Source: Neocallimastix sp. 'constans' | Taxonomy: Eukaryota | DNA: 64,000 nt | Assembly (NCBI GenBank): GCA_050613775.1 | Contig: JBODTK010000119.1 | Span: 434,001 to 498,000 of the forward strand | Reading direction: 5' to 3' | Part shown: positions 37,181 to 49,319 of the stretch, in pieces | How positions within the stretch are numbered: position 1 is the first letter of the stretch | Layout of the letters: each line of letters begins with the position of its first letter | Notes under the pieces: generated by a model | What the model was told of the DNA's origin: nothing | Databases searched by the model: none | What the model saw: the letters and a program-made list of their open reading frames with translations, nothing else | Made by a program: the position numbers and the translations under genes

Positions 37181-37878
37181 ATTGCAAAGAACCAAAGGTA
37201 AAAGATTGGAAAAACATAATACAAATATTCAGATATTTAAAAGGAGCAAAATATTACGGTATTTTATTTAATGGAGAAAAATGTCTAAAAACGTATGTCG
37301 ATTCAGATTATGCTAATGATAAAGAAACGAGAAGGTCTACGACAGGTTTTATCTATTTTATGGGTTCAGGTCCAACTAGTTGGTACTCAAAGCTCCAAAA
37401 GTGTGTAGCTACCTCCACCGCAGAAGCCGAATATTATGGACTATGTGAATGTGCGAAACAAGCTTTATGGTATAGAAACATTTTAGGAGAAATAAAGGAT
37501 CAAAGAGAATGCATAAAAATTTACATTGACAATCAAGCAGCAATATATAACGCTGAAAATAATACAATAAACCCAAGATCAAAACACATTGACATTAAAT
37601 ATCATAAAATCAGAGAATTAATAAGGGAAAAAAAAGTAGAACTTGAATACATAGAATCAAAGAATAATAAAGCAGATGGTCTGACGAAATTTTTAAATAA
37701 ATATAAAATGCAAAATTTTAGAAATAGTTTATTATACAAATATAAATAAAAATTAATAATTAGGGGGAATGTGAAATAATAAATACATTTAATATTAAAA
37801 AATAAATAAATAATATGTAGTACAAATATCAATGTAAAATGTATTTATTTAGTAATTATTAATATTTTATTTTAAACC

Positions 37879-37910
<32 letters not shown>

Positions 37911-40900
37911 CTTTTCTTGATTAATTGATTTTTGAAGTTTTATAAAAATTTACATTGTTTAATGTAGATATATTATTTTAATATTTATTAATAAAATTAT
38001 TATTTCATAAACCCAATTGTTTATTGAGTTTTGTACGTTCGAGTGTTTGTTTTCTTTATTTTTATATATTAATAAATTAAATTTTAACATTTATTTGAAG
38101 CAAAAGGCTTATTTTTTAAGAATACATAATTTAATGTTGTTTATACATACAAATACATTTGATGGATCATACATATTTTAATACATTAAATACATGTTTT
38201 AATATTAACTATATAAAAGAGGCTTATAAAAATAAAAAAAAATTTTAAAACTATATTCATAAACTATATAAACTATATATTAATATAATATATCCTATTT
38301 ATTTATAATAAACTATTTAATATTTAAAATTATAATAAAAGTTGTAATAAAATAAAAATATTAATTAAAATGTTAATTGAATTTATAAACTAAAAATACT
38401 AATTTTCTAACAATAATAATTAATTTTCACAATAAAATTGTACTATAAATTTTTAAAAGGTTAGAGTTAAAATATTTTATAATAGGTTAGGAAATAATTG
38501 AAACAAATGGAGGGGAGAGTTGCATTTCCCCAGATTTCATTTCACCAAGTGGCGTAGTATTAAAATATTTCATTTAATATTTAATTTTATTTATTCATTT
38601 ATTCATTTAATAATTTTCAATTTGGCGAAATGCACCATTCGCATTAGTGCATTTCGCAATATGGCTTATAAAATTTTAAAATAAAGCCATACATTTTAAA
38701 ATATTCTATACAATCATAGATAAACATCTAAATAATTATTACTTCAAAAGAAATACTAATAAATAATAATATATTTTTTAATTAAATATTAATAAATAAC
38801 TATTTCAAAAGAAATAATAATTATTTAAATATTTATTTATGATTGTATAGAATATCTTAAAAATGTATGCCTTTATTTTATTATATTATTAGCCACATTG
38901 AGAAATGCACGATCCCCAACTAAGAGATATTCACAAGTATGAATGTATATCATTTTGCAATTGTGTATTTCATAATGTGGCTTATCTTTTTTAATTAATT
39001 GCCACATCATATAATATTTTTTTTAACCAATAAATAAATAAATAACTAAATAAAGAATGTAGTCCAAAACGTTTTTTTTTGAAATTTTAATAAGCCATCT
39101 ATTTATTTGTGGCTTTTAAATTTTATATTATAACGCCATAAAATTTAATATAATTTTAAAATAAAAAAGAAATAAATGTATAAATAAATAAATAAATAAA
39201 AATTATAATTATTTTATTAATAATTGTTTAAATATTTTATTAATATTTTTTTTTAAATAAATAAATCTATGTAATTGTTAAAAGTATTTTATTAATATTT
39301 TTTTTAAATAAATAAATCTATATAATTGTTAAAGTATTTTATTAATATTTTTTTTTTTTTTTACAAAAAATAAACCTTTTAATTGTTTGAATATGTTTGA
39401 ATATGTGAAATAAATATGAAATATACGTTAAATGTATTAAAATGTATTTATTATATATGTAATGTATGAGCCACAATGTATTAATATAAAAGCATGTAAA
39501 TTTATTAAATTTAAATATTTGCAGCTCTTTATCATAAAATATATTAATAAAGTTGACATAATTATAAAACCCAAACTATTGACTTTTAACAGAATATTTT
39601 GGGTGTGGGGCATTTCGCCAATTTTTTTGAAAGCATGTGGCGTATTAAAAAAATGTGGCATTTCGCCAAATTGAAAATTATTAAATAAACAAATAAATCA
39701 ATAAATAAAATTAAATATTATTTTTGTTTATAAAATATTTTATTGATTAAAGTTTATTTATTTTAATATGAGTAATTACTTGATTTTTAAAATTTATGAG
39801 ATTACATTTGTATTTATACTATTTGTGGCTAAATAAAAATATAACGAGAAATTATTACATAATATATTTCATTGTATTAGCTTAACAACGAGTTCGTTGT
39901 ATTATAAAAATATCTTTTAATTTATTTAATACACATAAATTATTATAATATAAATTTAATATATTTTTCTTTGTATTCTAACATTCCCCCTCAGACCAGA
40001 ATGTTTGCTTGTCAAAGATTTGGTTTGTAAACTTAGTCATTTTTGGTCCATTATAATCTTTTGTTAATGGATCGGCCAACATCCTTTCGGTATTGATGTA
40101 TTCTAATTTTATTCTGTTATTTTTGATATTATCTTTATTGAAGTAAAATTTTATTTCTATATGTTTTAATTTATTGTTGAGTTCACCGTTTTCTATTGTC
40201 GTTTTACTTGCTAAGTTATCAGTGAATATTTTTATTGGTTTTTTAATGTTGAATATTTCATATAAAATATTTCGGATCCATAAAACCTTTTTAGTACATT
40301 CAGCGGTAGCAATGTATTCAGCTTCCGCGGTAGATGTGGCAACTACTGTTTTGTTTCTTGGATTGCCAACATATTGGATCATTATTCATTGATATTATAT
40401 ACCCCGAAGTAGATTTCCTATCTTTTGGGTCACCAGCGTAGTCAGCATCAGTATATGCCATAATTTCCCCCTGTCCTTTATATTTAATTTTGTAGTATTT
40501 AGTATAATTTAAGTATTTTAATATATTTATTACCATTTTCCAATCAGCTATGGTAGGATTCTCAGAATTTCTAGTATCTTTCCTACAGCGTAAGTAATAT
40601 CTGGACGGGTACACCTGGCTAGATAGATTAACGATCCGATTGCACTTTTAAATGTTGTTTTATCGAATGGTTCATTATTCTTTGCTGAATTTGAGATGCT
40701 TGAACAAGGTGTTTTTGACTTTCTTATATTTTTAACTTTGAATTTTTGTAATATATCATTTATTAATTGAATTTGAGAAATTACGTAGCTTGAATTTTCC
40801 TTTTCAATATTAATTCCTAAAATATAATCTGCTTCACTGCATTTTGAAACTTTAAAGTTTTTCTTAATTCTTTTAATAATTTTATTTATATAGTATTTTA

Positions 40901-43880
40901 TTCCTGTTATTAATAAATCATCCACATAAACTCCAATAATACAGACAGCTCTTCCTCCCTCCATTTTAACAAAAATACATGGTTCAGATGTCAATTGAGT
41001 GAAACCATTATTTTTAAGAAAGTTTGTGAAGTGGATGTGCCATTGGCGACCTGACTGTTTTAATCCGTATAAAGCTTTTCTAAGAAGCCAATAACCTTTA
41101 CCAAAATTCTTGTCACCAGGGGGGATATTAACATAAATATCCTTATCCAACGGAGCATTAAGATAGGCAGCTTTAATATCAAGCTGCATTAGATCCCAAT
41201 TGAATTTTGAAGCAAGCGCAATTATAAGTTTTAGACTATCTAAACTAAGGGTAGGGGAATATGTTAAGTTATAATCAATTCCCTTTCTCTGGGTGAAACC
41301 ACGAGCAACCAGACGAGCCTTGTATTTTGAGATATTACCATTACCGTCCTTTTTGAGAGTATAGACCCACTTAGTAGTTATGGGTTTAACATCAGGAGGA
41401 AGGGATTTAACAAGAATCATGGTTCGGTTGTCATAGAAGTTTTGTAATTCGGAATTCATAGCTTCTATCCACCGGATTTTATCTGAACGCGTGATGGCTT
41501 GTTTATATGAAAGAGGTGTTTCAGTAATACATCTTTTAGAAGTTTCAACATTGTCGAGGGAGATCTTGTGCTTTTTGTTACTGTTGGATTGAATAGGGTT
41601 TCCAGGTCTTTTATGCGATTCATTCATGGATGGTCTTAATTTCTTACTCTCTGGATGTTCGGAATGAATCAATTTATGTTTAAGGGGAACAGTGTTTAAT
41701 ATTTCATTGTTTAAGTTAATCTTCTTTTTGGTAGGTGAAATATTACAAGTTGATGACTTTCTTTTAGTGGATGGATTAAATTTTATTTTATCCTTTTCTA
41801 AAGAAATGTCCCCAGAGAAATTTGATTCATCATTTGAAACACTAATAGATTGGAAATCTGAAGCGAGATCATCAATGGATTCAATTTTTTCATCATTTAG
41901 ATAATTGTCTTCAGGTTCCTTACCTTTAGCAGAGTTATTATTCTCATCTTTCTTGTTGTTAGTAATAGGAGTATTTATAATTTTATTAATATTATTGTTT
42001 TTAATAGATGAAACAGGTGAATCAATTTCTGATTCCTTACCTTTTCTTGATGAAGAATTATTTTCTTTGGATTCTGTATTTTCTTCATTAGATTCTTCAT
42101 TAGATTCTTCATTAGATTCTTCATTGTATATCAATTTTCCAGAATCATCGTATGTATTTTCATTTTCGTTAGAGTTGATAATTGGTAATTCGTAAATATA
42201 ATTGTCGTTATTGAAAATGTTGGTTGGTAATTTATTGTTGCGTATCTTGGTTGATAAATTTGATGGAGTTTCTTCATCAAATACAGCTTCTCTTACTAAG
42301 TGAATACTGTAGTCCTTTGAATCCATAATTATATAGCAATTGGATTCAATGCTTATTCCTAAAAATACGCCTTTTTTACTGTTGCTATCAAATTTCATTT
42401 TTCCTTGTGAAAAATCTTTATAGTAGGCATCACAACCAAAAACTTTAATATATTTAAGACTGATCTTTTTGTTATAATAGATTTCATTTGGAATTTTATT
42501 TCCAATTCCTTTATGTGGAGTTATGTTATAAAGTAAATTTGCATATTTGATAGCGTAATCCCAAAACTCACTAGACATTTTGCTCCACTGAATTAAAGTT
42601 TTTGCACAACTTACAATGGTGTAGTTGAATCGTTCAGCAATCCCGTTGTTTTGAGGATTGTATGGTGGTGAAAATGTTTTTATAATACCGTGTTCCTTGC
42701 AGTAGTTTAGTACCTTTTTATTGTTATATTCAGTACCTTGATCCGAACGAAAAGTTTTAATATTATAATAGAATTGATTATATAAGTAAGTAAAGAAATT
42801 TATAATTGTTCTTGGAACTTCTGATTTGTTTTCCAAGAGGAAGATCCAACTTTTGCGAGTATATTCGTCAATAAAAGTAAGAACATACCTTTTCCCTGTA
42901 AAGATATTATTAATATCTTTAAATAATTTTAATTAAATTTAATCATAAATTTAAGTAAAATTAAAATAAATTTATTTGAAATCACGTGTATAAAATTATT
43001 GAAAATATTTTTAACATAATTTCGATTTTTTTCCCAATCATACTAATAAATTAAAAATTTCTCTTGTGAAACTAGTATTTGAAAATCATTTCTTTTTATG
43101 TAATTTAATTTAAATAATAAGAGTTAAGGTTTTTCACAAGATAAATTAACAACATGAAACTATGCAATTAGTCATGTTGAAACTTACGGCATTTTATGCT
43201 AAATTTATATTAAATAATTATGACAACTTTTATATTATTTTTAAATAGAAAACATATAATAAATTTACTAATAATATTTAAATAATAAATAAATAATAAA
43301 TGAACTCAATTAGAATTGATTATATTTATTTTAGTTATTAATTATAATTCTCTTTATTTAGTAATAGTTAATTATTTATTATTAGTTTAGGTTAGTATTG
43401 TTTTTAAATAAATAGCTAGATAATATAATTCAATAGGAATTATATATTATAAATGCAATAAGATAAAAATATAAATAGTTATCAAATTTCATGTATTTTA
43501 ATCGATGTAATTGTTATTAACGATTTCTTGTTAATAACACTTTAAAATAAATAAAGATTTTAATATTTAAAAAATTAATAAAACTTGTTCTTTAAAACTA
43601 TTATTTTGTGTTTTAGTGTTATTATTGAAGTGTTGATTTATAATCTATATTTTTACCAAAACTTTATAATAACAATTACCTTTTAAACAAACAAAAATAC
43701 GTTATAAATCAATAAAAAATATTTAAAACACGTGACTCTTTTGTGGCTTATTTGTGGCTTGAATCAAGATATTTTTACCAGATATTTTTACCAAGGATTT
43801 TTAGAAGCTACCCACTTTTGACACTACCAACTTTGGAATACTCACAATTTTAGATTATTGCTACCAGCTTTAGGATATCG

Positions 43881-44170
43881 CTACCAGTTTAAGGAAATAT
43901 TCTACTCGATTTAGGCTAATTCTACCAGTTTAAGGAAATATTCAACTCGATTCAGGCTATTCTACCAGTTTAAGGAAATATTCTACTCGATTTAGGCTAA
44001 TTCTACCAGTTTAAGGAAATATTCAACTCGATTCAGGCTATTCTACCAGTTTAAGGAAATATTCTACTCGATTTAGGCTAATTCTACCAGTTTAAGGAAA
44101 TATTCAACTCGATTCAGGCTATTCTACCAGTTTAAGGAAATATTCTACTCGATTCAGGCTAATTCTACCA

Positions 44171-44171
<1 letters not shown>
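43881..44171 (+). repeat. Alternating 41/40-bp tandem repeat (7 units, 81-bp period) in the D2 leader
   Basis: CTACCAGTTTAAGGAAATATTC(T/A)ACTCGATT(T/C)AGGCTA(A)TT units. Confidence 0.95.
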
Positions 44172-44216
<45 letters not shown>

Positions 44217-44498
44217 TTACCAGACTCATACCATACCATTTATCATATTGGGACACTTGTGCAAGACTTTTGAATAAAATTACCAGATTACGTGAGAAAT
44301 CCATAATATTATTTGGAATTAAATTTTAACCAGTAAGATACTATATTATAATATTCAGTTTACTCGACGGCACCATTACAATTGGAGAGAGCCAGTTCGA
44401 CTTTACATACAATATTATAATAGAAATATCTTTTTATTAGAACATCTATTTCAAATATCATTATTTAAATTATTCAAAAGTAAATAATAAGTTACAAA

Positions 44499-47400
44499 TT
44501 GAACGAAGTTGAAGATTTAATTCAAAAATTCGAAAACCTTGATTTAGAAATGAACCAAGCAAATAATCAAGGCTTCTTAAGAAACACTCAGAAAACAGTA
44601 AATGATCCACCACTGTTTTCTGGTATCAAGAGGGAATTCGACGGGTTCCTAACCAGAGCCGAAATTGCTATGGAATCCAACCCACATGGAATTAATAATG
44701 ACATCGCAAAAGTCAAATTCATAATTTCTTATTTAATTGGAGAACCTTTAGACTGGGCTTCGTCTTTGAGACGCAACAATGACGAAATTTTGAATTCCTA
44801 TGAAAATTTCATTAATGAACTTAGAGCTCGTTATGGTGAAGAAGAAGTTAATACTGTAATTGCTAATGGGAAACTTTGTTCAATCCGTCAACATAAGTTT
44901 GGTCGCGTTAACGATTACATTAATGAATTCAATAAAGTTGCAAGAAACTCAGACTTCAACGAGTCTGCAAAAATATACATGTTTATCAAAGGATTACATT
45001 ATAAAATGAGAGAACATCTTGCCGTGGTCAATCCGAACCCAAACAATTTAAGAGCTTTGTTTACTGACGTTATTAGCATTGAGAGTTTAACCAAAAGACA
45101 CAGTATTAATGAATTTTATTTTCATCAATACAATCACCGAAACAACGCTAGTTCCAGTACACAACTCACTAATAATGATCCCATGGAAGTTGACCTCTAT
45201 CGAATCAAGAGAGGTCAAAGGAATACCAACTATTTCCCATCCAACAAGAAATTGTACCAGGAGAATGTTAACTCTAAGGAAGAAGAAAGAAGAAAAGGTC
45301 TTTGCTACTATTGTAAGCAACCAGGGCATCTTAAATTTAATTGCCCGAACAAGAAGAGGCCCGCTACAGTTAAAATGATCAACAAGAAAGAAAGAAATGA
45401 TAATATTGCATCTACTAGCTTAAGAAGAATCAGAAGAATCAACAGCCAAGAAGATATTTTGAAAGTCAGAAAAATTGTTGAAGAGCAAAACTCACTCTTG
45501 ACCAAGAAAAGTAACATTATTGATTTTTATATCAAAACAAACGATACAGAAGAAGTAAAGGCAAGAGTTTTGATTGATTCTGGATCAGATCTTAACTTTA
45601 TTCACCCAGAATTTGTGAAGGCTTTTGGAATCAAAACCCAACAAATTGAAGAACCATTCCGTGTTACTGGTCTTGGTTACGGAATATCAACAGTTAAAAA
45701 GGAAACGGAGAAGTGCATTTTACGTTTAAAAAATCACTTAGAAATCATTCAATTGTATGTACTCAGAATTCCTGATGTTGATATTATTTTAGGTCTACCT
45801 TGGATTGAGAAGCATTCGCCTTATAATTACCACGACGCAAAGAAGATCTCCTTTGGCTCAGGATTTTGCGCTAGACACTGTAATAACGGTAAAAGAAAAA
45901 GAAAGAACAAGATCAAGAACAAGAAAAAGAACAAAGGAAAAGAATCTGCTACCGACTTGGAAGAAAATAAAATTATTGAAGACTCAAGAAAAAGAAAATC
46001 TTTCTTTGACTCCGATTCCGAATCTGATTCTGAAGAAGAAATTTCTATTCGTGGCCGCCGAACTCGTATTAGAACTTGTACTGAATTTATTAATAGTGAT
46101 AGCGATAGTGATATTAATGATACTTTTATGTTAGATAATTTTAGTGATAGCATTAGTGATAGCGATAATTTTAGTGATAGTGATGATATTATTGTTATGA
46201 ATTGTGATAGTAAAATTAGTAAAAATAGTTTAAAGATCTTAAAGAAAATTTGTGAATCAAGTAAATGTAAGAAATTAAATGTAATTGAAAAATGTAATAA
46301 TGAAAATAATAATTTAAATAAAGATGATGAAAAGGTCGAAGTACCTGAAATCTATTTGATGTTTAAAGAAGTGTTTAATGAAAATAATTGTAATGTGTTA
46401 CCTCCGCATCGTAATTATGATTGTGAGATTAAATTAAAAGATAATTGTAGTTTATTTTATGGGCCGTTGTATCCTTTAACTGAGACGGAGAGAGAAGAAT
46501 TAAAGAAATATTTAGAAGAAAATTTAAAAAAGGGTTTTATTAGAAAATCTTCTTCTCCCGCTGGAGCACCTATTTTATTTGTTAGAAAAAAGGATGGTAC
46601 ATATAGATTAGTTATTGATTATAGAAAATTAAATGAAATGACCATCCGTAACTCTTACCCTCTTCCTTTAATTAGTGAATTGTTGGATAGAGTTAAAGGT
46701 GCTAAATATTTTACTAAGTTAGATTTAAAATCTGCCTATAACTTAGTAAGAATTAAAGAAGGTGACGAGTACAAAACTGCCTTTCGCACAAGATATGGGC
46801 ACTTTGAATATCTCGTTATGCCTTTTGGGCTTAAGAATGCCCCTGCTACATTCCAACATTTTATAAATGATGTTCTCAGTGATTACTTAGATGATTTTGT
46901 AATCTCTTATATTGATGACATTTTAATTTATTCTAATACTTTAGAAGAACATCATGTACATGTCAAGAAAGTTTTAAGAAAATTGTTAGAGAATCATTTA
47001 GTTGTTAAATTAGAAAAGTGTGAATTTGATGTAACTGAAACTACTTTTCTTGGTTATGTTTTATCAAGAGATGGAATTAAAATGGATAAAGAAAAAGTTA
47101 AAGCAATTTTAGATTGGCCTGTTCCAACAAACATTAAAGAAATTCAATCGTTTATTGGACTTTGTAATTATTACAGAATTTTTATTAAAGACTTTGCGAA
47201 AATTGCAAATCCTCTCCACAAATTAACTAGAAAAAATGTTCCTTTTAATTGGAGTTCTGAACAACAAAAAGCGTTTGATACTTTAAAAGAATTATTTACT
47301 ACTGCTCCTATTTTGAAACATCCTGATAGCAACAAACAATTCATTGTTGAAACTGATGCTAGTAATTTTGCTGTTGGTGCAATTCTTTCTCAGGAATTTG

Positions 47401-49319
47401 ATGGGCATTTGCATCCAATTGCTTTTATTTCTACTAGCTTAACTAAATCCCAAAGAAATTACCCTATCTATGACAAAGAACTTCTTGCTATTAAAGTTGC
47501 ATTGGAAGGATGGAGACATTACTTAGAAGGAGCTCGCCATCAGTTTATTATTTATACTGATCATAAAAATTTAACCTTTCCTCGAAAACCCGAACTCCTT
47601 TCCCAACGTCAAATCCGTTGGTATGAATTCTTATCTAGATTTGATTTTAAACTAATTTACAGAGCTGGCAAAAAGTCAGGTAAACCAGATATTTTATCAA
47701 GACGTAGTGATCATTTATTTGCTAGTGTTCGTCCTATTTCATGCGTTATTAATTCATGTAGTTTTAAGAATGATTCTTTAATCTCCTCTATTCATGATTC
47801 TCTAGCTAATGATGAATTCTATTGCAAAATAACTGAATTTCTTAAAAATGATAAATCAAAAGATCCCCCTTTTAGTAAAATCGATAAATTTTCTCTTGAC
47901 AAAAATGGTTATTTACTTTTTGAAAATTTAATTTATGTTCCCAATAAAATTAGAATAAGAGTTTTAGAACTCCATCATGACTCTATTTCTGCTGGTCATT
48001 TTGGAATTAATAAAACTATTGAACTTATTTCTCGTAATTTCTGGTGGCCTAAATTACAAAAAGATGTTAAAATGTTTATTAAATCTTGTGAAATTTGTTC
48101 AAAATCCAAAATCCCAAGACATAAGCCATATGGTTTACTTTCTCCACTTTCTACACCAAATAGAGCCTGGTCTGCTATCTCTATGGATTTTATTGTTGAA
48201 CTTCCGAAATCCAAAGATATGACCACTATAATGGTTGTTGTGGATCGCTTAACTAAAATGGCTCATTTTATACCATTTAGATGTCTTCCTACTGCTTCTA
48301 TTGCTGCTGATTCTTTCATTGCTAATATTTTTAAACTTCATGGTTTCCCCGATTCTATTATTTCTGATCGTGGTTCTCAATTTACCTCTGATTTTTGGAA
48401 TCGTCTTTGCTCTCTTTTAAATATTAAGCATTCTTTTTCTACTGCTAATCACCCGCAGACTGATGGTCAAACGGAGAGGGTGAACTCGATATTGGAACAA
48501 TATCTTCGTTGTTTCATTAACGAAAAACAAAATAATTGGTTTGATTTATTACCTTTTGCAGAATTTTCTTATAACAATACTTTACAACAATCAATAAATC
48601 AATCACCATTTTTTGCAAATTATGGATTTAATCCAAAGTTTAATCCTGAGATTCCTTCAAACGAGAATCCACATAGAGCTGAAAAAAGAATATTGAATAT
48701 TAACGAAAACATAAAGTTTTTAAAAGAAAATTTAGAACAAGCGAAAAAGACTTATAAAAAATATGCAGATTTAAAAAGAATAGATTCTCCTGATTTTAAA
48801 GTAGGAAATAAAGTTTATCTTTTAAAGGGTAATACAACAAAGAAAAATAAAAAATTATCTGATCAACTAATAGGACCCTTTGAAATCATTAGAAAAGTTA
48901 GTGATTTAGCGTATGAACTTAAACTTCCTAATAATATGCGCTGTCACCCTGTATTCCATGTTTCGCTCCTCGAACCTTACCATGAAAATGAATTCCCAAA
49001 CAGAAGAAATACTCGTAGAAGAAATATTAATCTTACTACGGATACAATTAATAGAAGTCCTGAAAGAATAATTAAAATGAAAACTTTTAACAATAAAAAT
49101 CGTTACTTGATTAAATGGAAAGGATGCGATTCTAATGAAAATACTTGGATCGATGAAGATCAAATTTTTGATAAACAATTAATACAAGAATACTATAGAA
49201 AAGAAAAGAAGAATAAATCTTCGAATATTAACAATGAATTTTGCCAACTACCTGAAGATTCGAACGAGTACTATGTTAGGCATAAATATCAACCTTTTGT
49301 GATCGATCTTCCTTCCTAA
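44499..49319 (+). CDS. Gag-Pol polyprotein with C-terminal chromodomain
   Basis: DPMEVD, CYYCKQPGHLKFNC, LIDSGS, YIDD, TDAS, HHCC/DDE, GPF, YLIKWKG...NTW. Confidence 0.95.
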   Translation: MNEVEDLIQKFENLDLEMNQANNQGFLRNTQKTVNDPPLFSGIKREFDGFLTRAEIAMESNPHGINNDIAKVKFIISYLIGEPLDWASSLRRNNDEILNSYENFINELRARYGEEEVNTVIANGKLCSIRQHKFGRVNDYINEFNKVARNSDFNESAKIYMFIKGLHYKMREHLAVVNPNPNNLRALFTDVISIESLTKRHSINEFYFHQYNHRNNASSSTQLTNNDPMEVDLYRIKRGQRNTNYFPSNKKLYQENVNSKEEERRKGLCYYCKQPGHLKFNCPNKKRPATVKMINKKERNDNIASTSLRRIRRINSQEDILKVRKIVEEQNSLLTKKSNIIDFYIKTNDTEEVKARVLIDSGSDLNFIHPEFVKAFGIKTQQIEEPFRVTGLGYGISTVKKETEKCILRLKNHLEIIQLYVLRIPDVDIILGLPWIEKHSPYNYHDAKKISFGSGFCARHCNNGKRKRKNKIKNKKKNKGKESATDLEENKIIEDSRKRKSFFDSDSESDSEEEISIRGRRTRIRTCTEFINSDSDSDINDTFMLDNFSDSISDSDNFSDSDDIIVMNCDSKISKNSLKILKKICESSKCKKLNVIEKCNNENNNLNKDDEKVEVPEIYLMFKEVFNENNCNVLPPHRNYDCEIKLKDNCSLFYGPLYPLTETEREELKKYLEENLKKGFIRKSSSPAGAPILFVRKKDGTYRLVIDYRKLNEMTIRNSYPLPLISELLDRVKGAKYFTKLDLKSAYNLVRIKEGDEYKTAFRTRYGHFEYLVMPFGLKNAPATFQHFINDVLSDYLDDFVISYIDDILIYSNTLEEHHVHVKKVLRKLLENHLVVKLEKCEFDVTETTFLGYVLSRDGIKMDKEKVKAILDWPVPTNIKEIQSFIGLCNYYRIFIKDFAKIANPLHKLTRKNVPFNWSSEQQKAFDTLKELFTTAPILKHPDSNKQFIVETDASNFAVGAILSQEFDGHLHPIAFISTSLTKSQRNYPIYDKELLAIKVALEGWRHYLEGARHQFIIYTDHKNLTFPRKPELLSQRQIRWYEFLSRFDFKLIYRAGKKSGKPDILSRRSDHLFASVRPISCVINSCSFKNDSLISSIHDSLANDEFYCKITEFLKNDKSKDPPFSKIDKFSLDKNGYLLFENLIYVPNKIRIRVLELHHDSISAGHFGINKTIELISRNFWWPKLQKDVKMFIKSCEICSKSKIPRHKPYGLLSPLSTPNRAWSAISMDFIVELPKSKDMTTIMVVVDRLTKMAHFIPFRCLPTASIAADSFIANIFKLHGFPDSIISDRGSQFTSDFWNRLCSLLNIKHSFSTANHPQTDGQTERVNSILEQYLRCFINEKQNNWFDLLPFAEFSYNNTLQQSINQSPFFANYGFNPKFNPEIPSNENPHRAEKRILNINENIKFLKENLEQAKKTYKKYADLKRIDSPDFKVGNKVYLLKGNTTKKNKKLSDQLIGPFEIIRKVSDLAYELKLPNNMRCHPVFHVSLLEPYHENEFPNRRNTRRRNINLTTDTINRSPERIIKMKTFNNKNRYLIKWKGCDSNENTWIDEDQIFDKQLIQEYYRKEKKNKSSNINNEFCQLPEDSNEYYVRHKYQPFVIDLPS

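Larger units (their letters stand above)
30140..38089 (+). mobile_element. Ty1/copia element A, 3' part (RT end and RNase H at 30140-30397 and 37181-37749; 3' LTR ~37770-38089)
   Basis: IGIKIER...YRSAVGSLIYLAICTRP; DSDYA...RRSTTG...ATSTAEAEY; PPT AGGGGGAA then TGTG; LTR end is tentative because the partner LTR is not in the window. Confidence 0.85.

Noticed and set aside
38471..38480. AATATTTTAT as TSD of the TIR element (also 52361-52370)
   Set aside because: The left copy is about 32 bp from the TIR, and chance matches are likely in AT-rich DNA
44175..44214. Poly(A) as a LINE/SINE tail
   Set aside because: No TSD or element body; long A/T runs are common throughout the window
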